From NCBI GenBank assembly GCA_963750095.1, contig CAVVPJ010000016.1, positions 9,806 to 73,805 of the forward strand: a DNA stretch of 64,000 nucleotides, in the 5' to 3' direction. The notes under the pieces are model-generated. The model had not been told where the DNA came from and made no database searches. It worked only from the letters and a program-made list of their open reading frames with translations. Positions 28,914 through 37,739 of this stretch are shown piece by piece. Position 1 is the first letter of the stretch, and each line of letters starts with the position of its first letter. The translations under genes were made by a program, and so were the position numbers. The stretch is from an uncultured Actinomycetota bacterium (GTDB lineage: Bacteria > Actinomycetota > Actinomycetes > Mycobacteriales > Pseudonocardiaceae).

Positions 28914-30553
28914 CGGCCACCACCGGTGTGCCGACACCCGCCACGCCCGAGCGGGGCGGTGAGCCCGGCGCGATCGCGGGCTGGCTCACCAGCACCGACC
29001 ACAAGCGCATCGCCGGGCTGACCCTCGGCACCGCGCTGGTGATGATGCTGCTCGCGGGCGGCCTGGCCATGGCCATGCGCGCCCAGCTCGCCCGTCCTGA
29101 GGGAACGGTGCTGCCCGCGGAGCGCTACGACCAGTTCTTCACCATGCACGGCTCGATGATGATCTACCTGGTCATGACGCCGTTCGCGATCGGCGCCGGG
29201 CTGTACTTCGTGCCCCTGCAGGTCGGCGCCCCGAACGTGGCCGCCCCCCGCACGACCATGCTCGGCTTCTGGCTCTACCTGGTCGGCGGCCTGCTCATGC
29301 TGTCGGGCTTTCTCACCGACACCGGACCGGCCGACCAGGGCTGGTACTCCTACCCCCCGCTGGCGAGCTCCCGCTACACGCCGGGGCCGGGCGTGTCGCT
29401 GTGGATCGCCGGGGTGGGCCTGAGCGCGACCGGGCTGCTGCTCATGGGCGCCACGGTGTTGTGGACGGTGCTGCTCAAGCGGGCCAAGGGCATGTCCATG
29501 CTGCGGATGCCGATGTTCACCTGGTCGATCGTGGCCACCAACCTCATGGTGCTCGGCGCCTTCCCGGCGCTGCTCGTCGCGGTCGGGATGCTGGCCGTCG
29601 GCCGGATCAACCCCGACGTCTTCGACTCCAACGTGTGGAACATCGGCTACCAGAACCTGTTCTGGTTCTTCGGCCACCCCGTCGTGTACGTGATGTTCTT
29701 CCCGTTCGTCGGGATGGTGGCCGAGGTACTCGCCGTCTTCGCCCAACGGCGCTTCTTCGGCTACCGCGCCTTCGTGCTCTCGCAGCTCACGTTCGCCGCG
29801 TTCTCGATGAGCGTCTGGGGCCACCACATGTTCTCCACCGGCCAGTCGACCGACTACTACTACTCGCTCACCTCGATCCTCCTGGTGGTCCCCGCGGGAA
29901 TCGAGTACTTCGACCTCGTCGGGACCGTGCTGGGCGGACGGCTGCGGTTCCCCACCCCGATGCTCTTCGCGCTGGCGTTCCTGCCGCAGTTCCTCATCGG
30001 TGGGCTGACCGGCATCATCGTGGCGACACCCGCGCTGGACTACCAGCTCACCGACAGCTACTTCATCGTCGCCCACTGGCACTACACGCTTGCGGCGGGC
30101 AGCATGTTCGGCCTCTTCGCAGGCATCTACTTCTGGTTCCCCAAGATCACCGGCAGACGGCTGCGCGAGGGGCTGGGCAAGGCCCACTTCTGGCTGTGGC
30201 TCGTCGGCACCAACCTGACGTTCCTGCCGATGTTCTGGCTGGGCGCGCACGGCATGCCGCGCCGCATCGCCACCTACCTGCCCCAGGACGGCTTCGGGAC
30301 CGAGAACCTCATCGCCTCGCTCGGCGCGGGGGTGCTCGCCGTCGGCGCGATCGTGTTCATCATCAACTTCGGGGTCTCGCTGCTCCGCCCGCGCCGCTCG
30401 GGCGACGACCCATGGGGCGGGCACAGCCTGGAATGGGCGACCAGCTCCCCGCCCCCGCGGTACAACTTCACCACCGACCACCCCCTTCCGCCGGTGCGCA
30501 GCTATGCCCCGCTGCTGGACCTGCGCGAGGCCGCCGATGGGGCGGAGCGGTGA
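28910..30553 (+). CDS. ctaD: Heme-copper oxidase subunit I, A-family fold with atypical proton channels
   Basis: TSTDHK, FTMHG, WFFGHPVVY, VWGHHMF, AHWHY, GMPRR, LEWATSSPPP. Confidence 0.92.
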   Translation: MTATTGVPTPATPERGGEPGAIAGWLTSTDHKRIAGLTLGTALVMMLLAGGLAMAMRAQLARPEGTVLPAERYDQFFTMHGSMMIYLVMTPFAIGAGLYFVPLQVGAPNVAAPRTTMLGFWLYLVGGLLMLSGFLTDTGPADQGWYSYPPLASSRYTPGPGVSLWIAGVGLSATGLLLMGATVLWTVLLKRAKGMSMLRMPMFTWSIVATNLMVLGAFPALLVAVGMLAVGRINPDVFDSNVWNIGYQNLFWFFGHPVVYVMFFPFVGMVAEVLAVFAQRRFFGYRAFVLSQLTFAAFSMSVWGHHMFSTGQSTDYYYSLTSILLVVPAGIEYFDLVGTVLGGRLRFPTPMLFALAFLPQFLIGGLTGIIVATPALDYQLTDSYFIVAHWHYTLAAGSMFGLFAGIYFWFPKITGRRLREGLGKAHFWLWLVGTNLTFLPMFWLGAHGMPRRIATYLPQDGFGTENLIASLGAGVLAVGAIVFIINFGVSLLRPRRSGDDPWGGHSLEWATSSPPPRYNFTTDHPLPPVRSYAPLLDLREAADGAER

Positions 30554-31140
30554 GGCCGCCCTACGGCGTCGTCGGCGGATGGGCCACCGGGCTGCTGATG
30601 CTCGCGCTGGCGCTGCTGGCCTTCACCCGCCACCTCGCGGTGTTCGTCATGTACCTGGCGGCGACCGGCCTCGTCGCCTGCTTCGGCCTGGTGGTGCTCC
30701 TGGCCACGCGGCGCGGCGCCGAGCACGCCGTGCAACGTCGCCAGCCACGGCGGGCCACGGCGGCGGTGTTCGCGGCGCTCGCGGCCGGTGTCGCGGCGAG
30801 CGGGCTGGCCTACGGATGGGTCGTGGCCTTGTCGGCGATCTACCCGCTCGGCGTCGCGCTGTGGATGCTGCGCGGCGAACGGCTTCCCGCGGGCGCCCGG
30901 CCGTGGCCGGTGTCCACCGACGGGATGCCCCCCGCTGAGCCCGCACCCCTGCCCTACCAGGGCCAGACGACGGGCACGGCGGAGCCGGTGCCTCCCGGCC
31001 ATCCGGCGGCGGCGGCACCCGACGGGCCGACCTACCCCACCCGGGCCGAGCGCGACGGCCCGATCCCGGCGGTGGCGAAGGCCGGATGGGTGGTCATCGG
31101 CGCGCGCGTGCTGGCCAGGCTGCTGCGAGGCGGGCGATGA
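30550..31140 (+). CDS. 4-TM membrane protein, possible oxidase accessory subunit
   Basis: GTGA/ATGA-coupled to both neighbours; four hydrophobic helices plus Pro-rich tail. Confidence 0.6.
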   Translation: MRPPYGVVGGWATGLLMLALALLAFTRHLAVFVMYLAATGLVACFGLVVLLATRRGAEHAVQRRQPRRATAAVFAALAAGVAASGLAYGWVVALSAIYPLGVALWMLRGERLPAGARPWPVSTDGMPPAEPAPLPYQGQTTGTAEPVPPGHPAAAAPDGPTYPTRAERDGPIPAVAKAGWVVIGARVLARLLRGGR

Positions 31141-31631
31141 GCGGGCCCGCCCACGTCGTCCACATGGCCGTCATGGGCCTGGTCGTCGGTGCCGTCGCTC
31201 CCGCCCTCCTGTGGGCCCTCGTGCGCCGCGCGCCCCGGATCGACCGGTTCGCCCCGCCCGCCGCGGTGACCCTGCCCGCGTTCGTCGTGCTGCACGCCGC
31301 GGTGACGCTCGGCGGAGCCGGAGCGGGCGCGATCGCCCACACGGTGCTGCTGCTGGGCGCGACGACGTTCTGGACGCCCGTGTTCGGCACGCACCGCAGG
31401 CTCGCCGACGGCGGTCGCGTGCTCTACCTCTACCTCGCGATGCCGATGCTCGACCTGGCCGGGGTGTGGATGGTCGCCACCGGCGACTCGGCAGGTGGCC
31501 TGGCGATGATCGTCGGGATGCTGCCGATGGCGGCGGTCGCGGTGGCGATCACCTGGCGGTGGATCGCCGCGGAGGATCGGCACCTCGCCCTCGACGAAAG
31601 GCACCCCGGGATGGGGGAGGAGGCGGCATGA
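31137..31631 (+). CDS. Short Caa3_CtaG-like oxidase assembly protein
   Basis: HVVHM..AVAPALL, VLH, AHTVLLLGATTFWTPV pattern; operon context. Confidence 0.55.
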   Translation: MSGPAHVVHMAVMGLVVGAVAPALLWALVRRAPRIDRFAPPAAVTLPAFVVLHAAVTLGGAGAGAIAHTVLLLGATTFWTPVFGTHRRLADGGRVLYLYLAMPMLDLAGVWMVATGDSAGGLAMIVGMLPMAAVAVAITWRWIAAEDRHLALDERHPGMGEEAA

Positions 31632-33127
31632 CGCGGTTCCACCTGGTCCGTCGGGCGGCGGAGCGCACGGGCGCCGCGGTCGACCGCAGGTTCCGCCTGG
31701 CGAAGACGGCGCGCGAACAGTCCTCGCACGTGTTCCCCAAGCACTTCTCGTTCTTCTGGGGCGAGATCGCGCTCTACTCGTTCGTGGTGCTGCTGCTCTC
31801 TGGCACGGTGCTGGCCCTGCACTTCGTGCCCGACACCACCGACACCACCTACCACGGCGGGTTCCAGCTGGCGGACGGGCTGCACATGTCGCGGGCCTAC
31901 GCGTCGGTGCTCGACCTGTCGTTCGAGGTGACCGGCGGCCTGCTGATCCGGCAGATGCACCACTGGGCGGCGCTGCTGTTCGTCGCGGCGATCGTGATCC
32001 ACATGATGCGGAACTTCTTCACCGGAGCGTTCCGTCGGCCCCGCGAGCTGACCTGGATCACCGGCGTCATCCTGCTCATGCTCGGGGTGCTGGAGGGCTA
32101 CAGCGGCTACTCCATGATCGACGACCTGCTGTCCGGCCTGGGCGTGCGGATCATCTCGGGGCTGTTGCTCTCGGTTCCCGTCATCGGCACGTGGCTGCAA
32201 TGGCTGGTCTTCGGCGGCGAGTTCGATGGCGACATCTGGATCTCCCGGTTCTTCCTCGGCCACGTCTTCCTCCTGCCCGGCCTCCTCCTGGCGCTGGTCG
32301 CGGTCCACCTCGGCCTGGTCTGGTACCAGAAGCACACCCAGTTCCCAGGGCCGGGGGCCCGCGACGACAACGTCGTCGGCGAGCGCGCCGCGCCCGGCTT
32401 CCTCGGCAAGACGCTGGCCAACGGGCTGGTGGTGGCCGGGGTCATCGGGGTGATGGGCGGGACGCTGCAGATCAACCCGGTGTTCCTGTGGGGCCCCTAC
32501 AACCCCAGCGACGGCTCGACCGGCGCACAGCCGGACTGGTACGCGATGTTCCTCATCGGAGCGCTGCGGCTGATGCCCGGCTGGCCCATCCGGCTCGGGG
32601 TCTACACCGTGCCGCCGCCGCTGTGGCCCGGGCTCGTCCTGCCCGTGGTGATGTTCCTGCTCCTGGCCGTCTACCCGTTCCTCGAACGGCGGGTCACCCG
32701 GGACGGGGCGATGCACCAGCTCCTGCAGCGGCCCCGCGACAACCCCGTGCGCACCGCCATCGGCGCCATGGCCCTCACGTTCTGGGCGGTGCTGACGGTC
32801 GCGGGCGGCGACGACGTGCTCGCCATCGCCTTCGACGTGCCACTCGGTCCGCTGCGCTGGGCCGAACGGATCGCCACGCTCGTGCTGCCGGGCATCGCGT
32901 ACGTGGCCGCCTACCGGATCTGTGTCGGCCTGCAGCGCCGGGACCAGGACGTGCTGCGGCACGGCCTGCGCACCGGCCTGCTCGTCGAGACGACCGACGG
33001 CGTGTTCGCCGAGCTGCGCCAGCCACCCGGCGGAGTCGACCACGAGGGTCGGCCCGTCCCCCTGCGCTACGACGGCGCCCGCATCGACGAACACGTCGGC
33101 ACCCGCGACGGGGAGAACACTCCGTGA
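31628..33127 (+). CDS. qcrB: Cytochrome b subunit of bcc complex
   Basis: SFFWGEIALYSF, RQMHHWAA..IH, GHVFLLP..VHL, QPDWY Qo motif. Confidence 0.93.
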   Translation: MTRFHLVRRAAERTGAAVDRRFRLAKTAREQSSHVFPKHFSFFWGEIALYSFVVLLLSGTVLALHFVPDTTDTTYHGGFQLADGLHMSRAYASVLDLSFEVTGGLLIRQMHHWAALLFVAAIVIHMMRNFFTGAFRRPRELTWITGVILLMLGVLEGYSGYSMIDDLLSGLGVRIISGLLLSVPVIGTWLQWLVFGGEFDGDIWISRFFLGHVFLLPGLLLALVAVHLGLVWYQKHTQFPGPGARDDNVVGERAAPGFLGKTLANGLVVAGVIGVMGGTLQINPVFLWGPYNPSDGSTGAQPDWYAMFLIGALRLMPGWPIRLGVYTVPPPLWPGLVLPVVMFLLLAVYPFLERRVTRDGAMHQLLQRPRDNPVRTAIGAMALTFWAVLTVAGGDDVLAIAFDVPLGPLRWAERIATLVLPGIAYVAAYRICVGLQRRDQDVLRHGLRTGLLVETTDGVFAELRQPPGGVDHEGRPVPLRYDGARIDEHVGTRDGENTP

Positions 33128-33702
33128 GGCTCCGCACAGCCGTCCCCCTCCTGGCCGTCGCGCTCGCCGTCCTCACGGCCTGTACGCCGCGGCTCGGCTA
33201 TCTGGGTAACCCGCAAGGCGAGGGCGCGACCGGGCGGTCGGGGCAGATCGTGGTCTCCAACGCCGTCTTCGCCTTCAGCGGGCCGCTCGGGTCCCCGGTC
33301 GCGTACCGCGCGGGCGGCTCGGCACCGCTGAGCGCGAGCATCGTCAACACGGGCGACGCCGAAGACCGTCTGGTGTCCGTGAGCAGCCCGGTCGCGGCAG
33401 GCGCCACGATCACCGGAGACACCACCCTCCCGGGCGGCCACGTGCTGGCGGTCGGGGCGCAACCCGGGGCGAACCGGCTGCCCGACACGACGAGCGTGCA
33501 GGCGACGCTGACGTCGCTGCGACAGGACCTGCGCCATGGGATGACCTACCCCGTCGTGTTCACCTTCGCGCGGGCAGGCGCGGTGAACCTGCAGCTGCCG
33601 ATCGGCCTGCCGCCGGGCTCCGCCTCGGCGAGCTGCGCCCCGACCCCGACGCCGTCGCGGACCGTCGTCCCGGGACCGCCGACCGGGGCCGCAAGCTGCT
33701 GA
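33124..33702 (+). CDS. LpqE/PCuAC-fold lipoprotein
   Basis: Lipobox LTAC; IVNTGDAEDRLVSVSSP; GMTYPVVFTFARAGAVNLQLPI. Confidence 0.7.
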   Translation: MRLRTAVPLLAVALAVLTACTPRLGYLGNPQGEGATGRSGQIVVSNAVFAFSGPLGSPVAYRAGGSAPLSASIVNTGDAEDRLVSVSSPVAAGATITGDTTLPGGHVLAVGAQPGANRLPDTTSVQATLTSLRQDLRHGMTYPVVFTFARAGAVNLQLPIGLPPGSASASCAPTPTPSRTVVPGPPTGAASC

Positions 33703-33726
33703 GCGGCATCGCGACACGCCACTGAA

Positions 33727-33833
33727 CAGGATCCCCGTCCTGATCTTCGGGGAGGTCCTCGTGCTCCGTGGCGCTGTCCGGGCAGGCCACGCGCTCGATC
33801 CCGTCGTCGGCGCTGGTGTTCCTCGCCGCGGGC
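33727..33833 (+). pseudogene. Degenerate 5' fragment of the CPA1 antiporter gene
   Basis: Aligns with 19782-19889 (e.g. ggcgctggtgttcctcgccgcgggc identical); ATG lost, indels, truncated. Confidence 0.75.
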
Positions 33834-33983
33834 AGGGGCCACCGGCTTGCGGTCGGCTGACATCTCGCCGCGGGTGGCGTAGACGCGCGCAGGCGGAGAA
33901 CCCCCGACCATCGCGTCCCCCACGTGGGGCGTCGCGACGACCCGCCCGCCTCACCGCGTGGGCACGACAGAAAGGAGTACGGG

Positions 33984-34493
33984 GTGGACATCCTCGAGCT
34001 CATCATGGCCGACCACCACGAGCAGCGACGCATGTTCGCGCTGCTCGACGACGCAGGCGACGACCCCGCGGTGCTCACGCCGATCTGGCGGCGGCTCGCG
34101 GTGCTGCTGGAGGTGCATGCCGAGGCCGAGGAGAAGCTGTTCTACCCGCGGCTGCTCGACGTCGGGCAGGGCATGGCGGGCGACGACCCCGCCGAGGAGA
34201 CCACCGACGCCGTCCGCGACCACAACGACATCCGCGACGCGGTCCACCGGTCCCGCGAGCACACGGTCGGCAGCCCGGAATGGTGGCGCAGCGTCACGGA
34301 GGCGCGCGCCGCCAACAGTGACCACATGGCCGAGGAGGAGCGCGGCCCGCTGGCCGACTTCCGGCGCCATGCGAGCCTGCAGGACCGCCACGCGATCGGC
34401 GTCGCGTTCGCCGCGTTCGAAGCCGACCACGCCGCAGGGGTGGACACCGCGGACCGCGACCCCGACGCGTACGTGCGGCAGGCCGGGTGCTGA
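33984..34493 (+). CDS. Hemerythrin-domain protein
   Basis: DH, HAEAEEKLFYP, DH, HMAEEE motifs; AAAGGAG RBS before GTG. Confidence 0.88.
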   Translation: MDILELIMADHHEQRRMFALLDDAGDDPAVLTPIWRRLAVLLEVHAEAEEKLFYPRLLDVGQGMAGDDPAEETTDAVRDHNDIRDAVHRSREHTVGSPEWWRSVTEARAANSDHMAEEERGPLADFRRHASLQDRHAIGVAFAAFEADHAAGVDTADRDPDAYVRQAGC

Positions 34494-34598
34494 GCGGACC
34501 GCAGTCGGCACCTGGGGCACCCCTTGTTCGCCGGTGACAACTCGGGCTGCCGCGTTTGGTCCGGCGACGGCAGAAATCGGATCACCGTGGGCCGCACC

Positions 34599-35486
34599 AT
34601 GAGAAGCATGCGACAGGCACTCCCCGCCGCGCTTTCGGACGGCTCGCGGCTGCGGCGGGCGGAGCACGCGGAGAACTTCCCCGTGGCGCTGCGCGTGCTG
34701 CCCCGCGGGCTGCGCGACCGGATCCGGGCCGTGTACGACGTTGTTCGCGTGATCGACGACCTGGGTGACGAAGGCCGGGCGGACCCGGCGGCGCGCACCG
34801 CCGCGCTCCGGGAGTTGCATGCGGAGCTGCCCTCGGTGTGGGCACCCGACGGGGAGCCCACGGTCGAGGTGCTGCGGCGGCTGCGGCCCGTCGCGCGACA
34901 GGTCTGCCTGCCGCGGGACGCGTTCGAGGACCTGATCGCGGCGAACCTCGCCGACCAGCACGTCACCCGCTATCCGGACCGCGACGCGCTCCTCGGTTAC
35001 TGCGCGCTCTCGGCCAACCCGATCGGGCGGCTCGTGCTGGCCGTCTTCGGGGTCCGGGCGACGCCGGAGCTGCGGCGCGACGCCGACCGCGTCTGCTCGG
35101 CCCTGCAACTGCTGGAGCACTGGCAGGACGTCGCCGAGGACCGCGGGCGCGGCCGCGTCTACCTCCCGGCGGACGCGATGGCCGCGGCCGGGGTCACGGA
35201 GCAGGATCTCGACCGACAGGTCGCGGGCCCGGCCCTGCGGCGGCTCGTGCTCGACGAGACCGGACGGGCCCTCGCGCTGCTGCGGTCCGGCCAGGGCGTG
35301 GTGGGGCGCCTCGGCGGCTGGGCGAGGGTCGCCGTCGCGGGCTACGTCGCGGGCGGCCTGGCCGCGGGTGACGCCCTGCGCCGCTGCCGTGGTGACGTGC
35401 TCGCGCGGCCGCCGCGGACCCGCAGGCGGGACGTGGCCCGCCACCTGGTCGCCACGCTGGTCCGCGCCGGACGGGAGAACGGATGA
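34599..35486 (+). CDS. hpnC: Squalene synthase HpnC
   Basis: [42 protein letters not shown]. Confidence 0.9.
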   Translation: MRSMRQALPAALSDGSRLRRAEHAENFPVALRVLPRGLRDRIRAVYDVVRVIDDLGDEGRADPAARTAALRELHAELPSVWAPDGEPTVEVLRRLRPVARQVCLPRDAFEDLIAANLADQHVTRYPDRDALLGYCALSANPIGRLVLAVFGVRATPELRRDADRVCSALQLLEHWQDVAEDRGRGRVYLPADAMAAAGVTEQDLDRQVAGPALRRLVLDETGRALALLRSGQGVVGRLGGWARVAVAGYVAGGLAAGDALRRCRGDVLARPPRTRRRDVARHLVATLVRAGRENG

Positions 35487-36368
35487 GCACCACGGAGGTC
35501 CTCTCCGTCGCGCGGGCCTACGCCGCCTGCGAGGCGATCACCCGCGACCAGGCGCGGAACTTCTCCTACGGCATCCGGCTGCTTCCCGGCCCGAAGCGGC
35601 GGGCGCTCTCGGCGGTGTACGCCCTGGCCCGCCGCATCGACGACATCGGCGACGACGACGGGCCCGACGGCCGACAAGGTCGCGGCGCTCGCCGCCGTGC
35701 GCGCGGCACTGGGCGCCCCGCCCGACCCCGCCGACCCGGTGCAGGTCGCGGTCGCCGACGCCGCGGGCCGCTACCCGATCCCGATGGGCGCGTTCGGCGA
35801 GCTGGTGGACGGGGTCGAGCGGGACGTGCGGATGGACGCGGGGACCTTCGGCGGCTACGCGACCTTCGCCGACCTCGTCGGGTACTGCCGCTGCGTCGCG
35901 GGTGCGGTCGGGCGGCTGTGCCTGGGCATCTTCGGCTCGCGCCCGCACCCCGACGCCGCCCGGTACGCCGACGCGCTGGGGATCGCCCTGCAGCAGACCA
36001 ACATCCTGCGCGACATCCGGGAGGACCTGCAGCACGGGCGGGTGTACCTGCCACAGGAGGACCTCGACCGGTACGGCGTCACGCTCGCGCTCGACGACCA
36101 CGGCACGCTCGTCGACCCGCACGGCGGGCTGGCCGCGCTGATCCGCGCGAGCGCGCAGCGGGCCCGCCACTGGTACGCCGACGGACTGCGGCTCGTGCCG
36201 CTGCTCGACCGGCGCAGCGCGGCCTGCACGACCGCCATGGCGGGCATCTACCGCAGGCTGCTCGACGACATCGCCGCGAACCCGGCCTCGGTGTACGACC
36301 GGCGGCTCGGCCTGTCCGGACGCCAGAAGGTCGGCGTGGCGGCACGCGCACTGGCAGGGCGGGGCTGA
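35483..36368 (+). pseudogene. hpnD: Presqualene diphosphate synthase HpnD with +1 frameshift near 35660-35665 (real or sequencing error)
   Basis: N-term [19 protein letters not shown] in one frame; [28 protein letters not shown] in another; span 886 nt = 3n+1. Confidence 0.85.
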
Positions 36369-36371
36369 GGG

Positions 36372-37739
36372 GTGCGCGTCGGGGTGATCGGGGGCGGTCT
36401 CGCGGGCATCGCGGCGGCGCTCGCCTGCGCGGACGCGGGACACGCCGTCACGCTGCTGGAGGCGGGGCCGGACCTGGGGGGCCTGGCCCGGTCGTTCGCA
36501 AGGAGGGAGCTCGCCGTCGACACCGGACAACACGTCTTCCTGCGCTGCTGCACGGCCTACCGGGGGCTGCTGCGGCGCCTCGGTGTGGATGACCAGGTGA
36601 CCGTCCAGCCGCGCCTCGACATCCCGGTCCGCGCACCCGGCGGGCGGCAAGGGCGGATCCGCCGGTCGCGGCTGCCCGCACCGCTGCACCTCGCCGCGGC
36701 GCTCGCCCGCCACCGCCCGCTCACGGCGCTCGACCGCGCCCGTCTCGTCCCCGCCGCGCTCGCGCTGCGCGCGCTCGACCCCGCCGACCCGGCGCTCGAC
36801 ACGCAGAGCTTCGGCGCATGGCTCACCCGGCACGGCCAGAGCCCGCGGGCGGTCGAGGGGCTGTGGGACGTCTTCGGGCTCGCCGCGGTGAACCTGCGCG
36901 CGGCCGACGCGTCGCTCGCCGCCGCGGCCATGGTCTTCCGCGACGGCCTGCTCACCCGCTCCGACGCGGGCGACATCGGCTGGGCGAGGGTGCCGCTGGG
37001 GCGCCTGCACGCGGACGCGCCCGCCCGCGCGCTGGCCGCCGCGGGCGCCGAGGTCCGCACGGCGACCCGGGTCCGCGCGCTGCACGCCGTCGGCGACGGG
37101 TGGCACCTCCGCACCCAGACCCGCCGGGAACGGGACGAGGTCGCGGTCGACCGCGTCATCTGCGCCGTGCCACACGGCCAGGCCGAACGGCTCCTGCCCG
37201 AGGACGCGCTGGATCGGCCCCGCGGATGGTCGTCCGCGCTGGGCGCAAGTCCGATCGTCAACGTGCACGTGGTCTACGACCGGCCGGTGCTCGACGTCCC
37301 GTTCGTCGCGGGCATCGGCACGCCTGCGCAGTGGGTGTTCGACCGCACGCTGGCGTCCGGGCTGCACCGGGTGCACCCGCCGGACGCGCAGTACCTGGCC
37401 GTGTCGCTGTCCGCAGCGGACCGCTGGATCGGCGCGCCGGTCGCCGCGCTGCGCGCGACGATGCTGCCCGCCCTCACCGCGCTGCTGCCCGCGAGCCGCG
37501 CCGCCCGGGTCCTCGACTTCTTCGTGACGCGCGAACCAGCAGCGACGTTCCGCGCCGCCCCGGGATCGGCCGCGCTGCGCCCGCCGCCCGTCACCCGGCG
37601 GGCCGGTCTGTTCCTGGCGGGCGCGTGGACCGCGACCGGCTGGCCCGCCACGATGGAGGGCGCCGTACGCAGCGGTCGCCGCGCCGCGGAGGCCGTTCTG
37701 GAGTCGGAAGGGCGCGTCCTCGGGGGGCGGGCCGCATGA
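36372..37739 (+). CDS. hpnE: Hydroxysqualene dehydroxylase HpnE
   Basis: GGGLAG FAD motif, [22 protein letters not shown]. Confidence 0.92.
   Translation: MRVGVIGGGLAGIAAALACADAGHAVTLLEAGPDLGGLARSFARRELAVDTGQHVFLRCCTAYRGLLRRLGVDDQVTVQPRLDIPVRAPGGRQGRIRRSRLPAPLHLAAALARHRPLTALDRARLVPAALALRALDPADPALDTQSFGAWLTRHGQSPRAVEGLWDVFGLAAVNLRAADASLAAAAMVFRDGLLTRSDAGDIGWARVPLGRLHADAPARALAAAGAEVRTATRVRALHAVGDGWHLRTQTRRERDEVAVDRVICAVPHGQAERLLPEDALDRPRGWSSALGASPIVNVHVVYDRPVLDVPFVAGIGTPAQWVFDRTLASGLHRVHPPDAQYLAVSLSAADRWIGAPVAALRATMLPALTALLPASRAARVLDFFVTREPAATFRAAPGSAALRPPPVTRRAGLFLAGAWTATGWPATMEGAVRSGRRAAEAVLESEGRVLGGRAA

Noticed and set aside
27863-30553. 896-aa ORF as a giant oxidase subunit I fusion
   Set aside because: The N-terminal 349 aa are an off-frame shadow of ctaC; the true start is GTG 28910 overlapping the ctaC stop
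28910-30553. Calling the oxidase a B-family (ba3) enzyme or a NOR because of HPVVY
   Set aside because: The overall sequence follows A-family CtaD, subunit II has two TM helices, and the active-site Tyr and three CuB His are retained; family assignment needs a phylogeny
18906-33833. Repeated segments as IS ends, prophage att sites or pure assembly artefact
   Set aside because: They are fragments of respiratory genes with many substitutions and microhomology junctions; no transposase or integrase is present; the divergence argues against simple misassembly, though reads were not available
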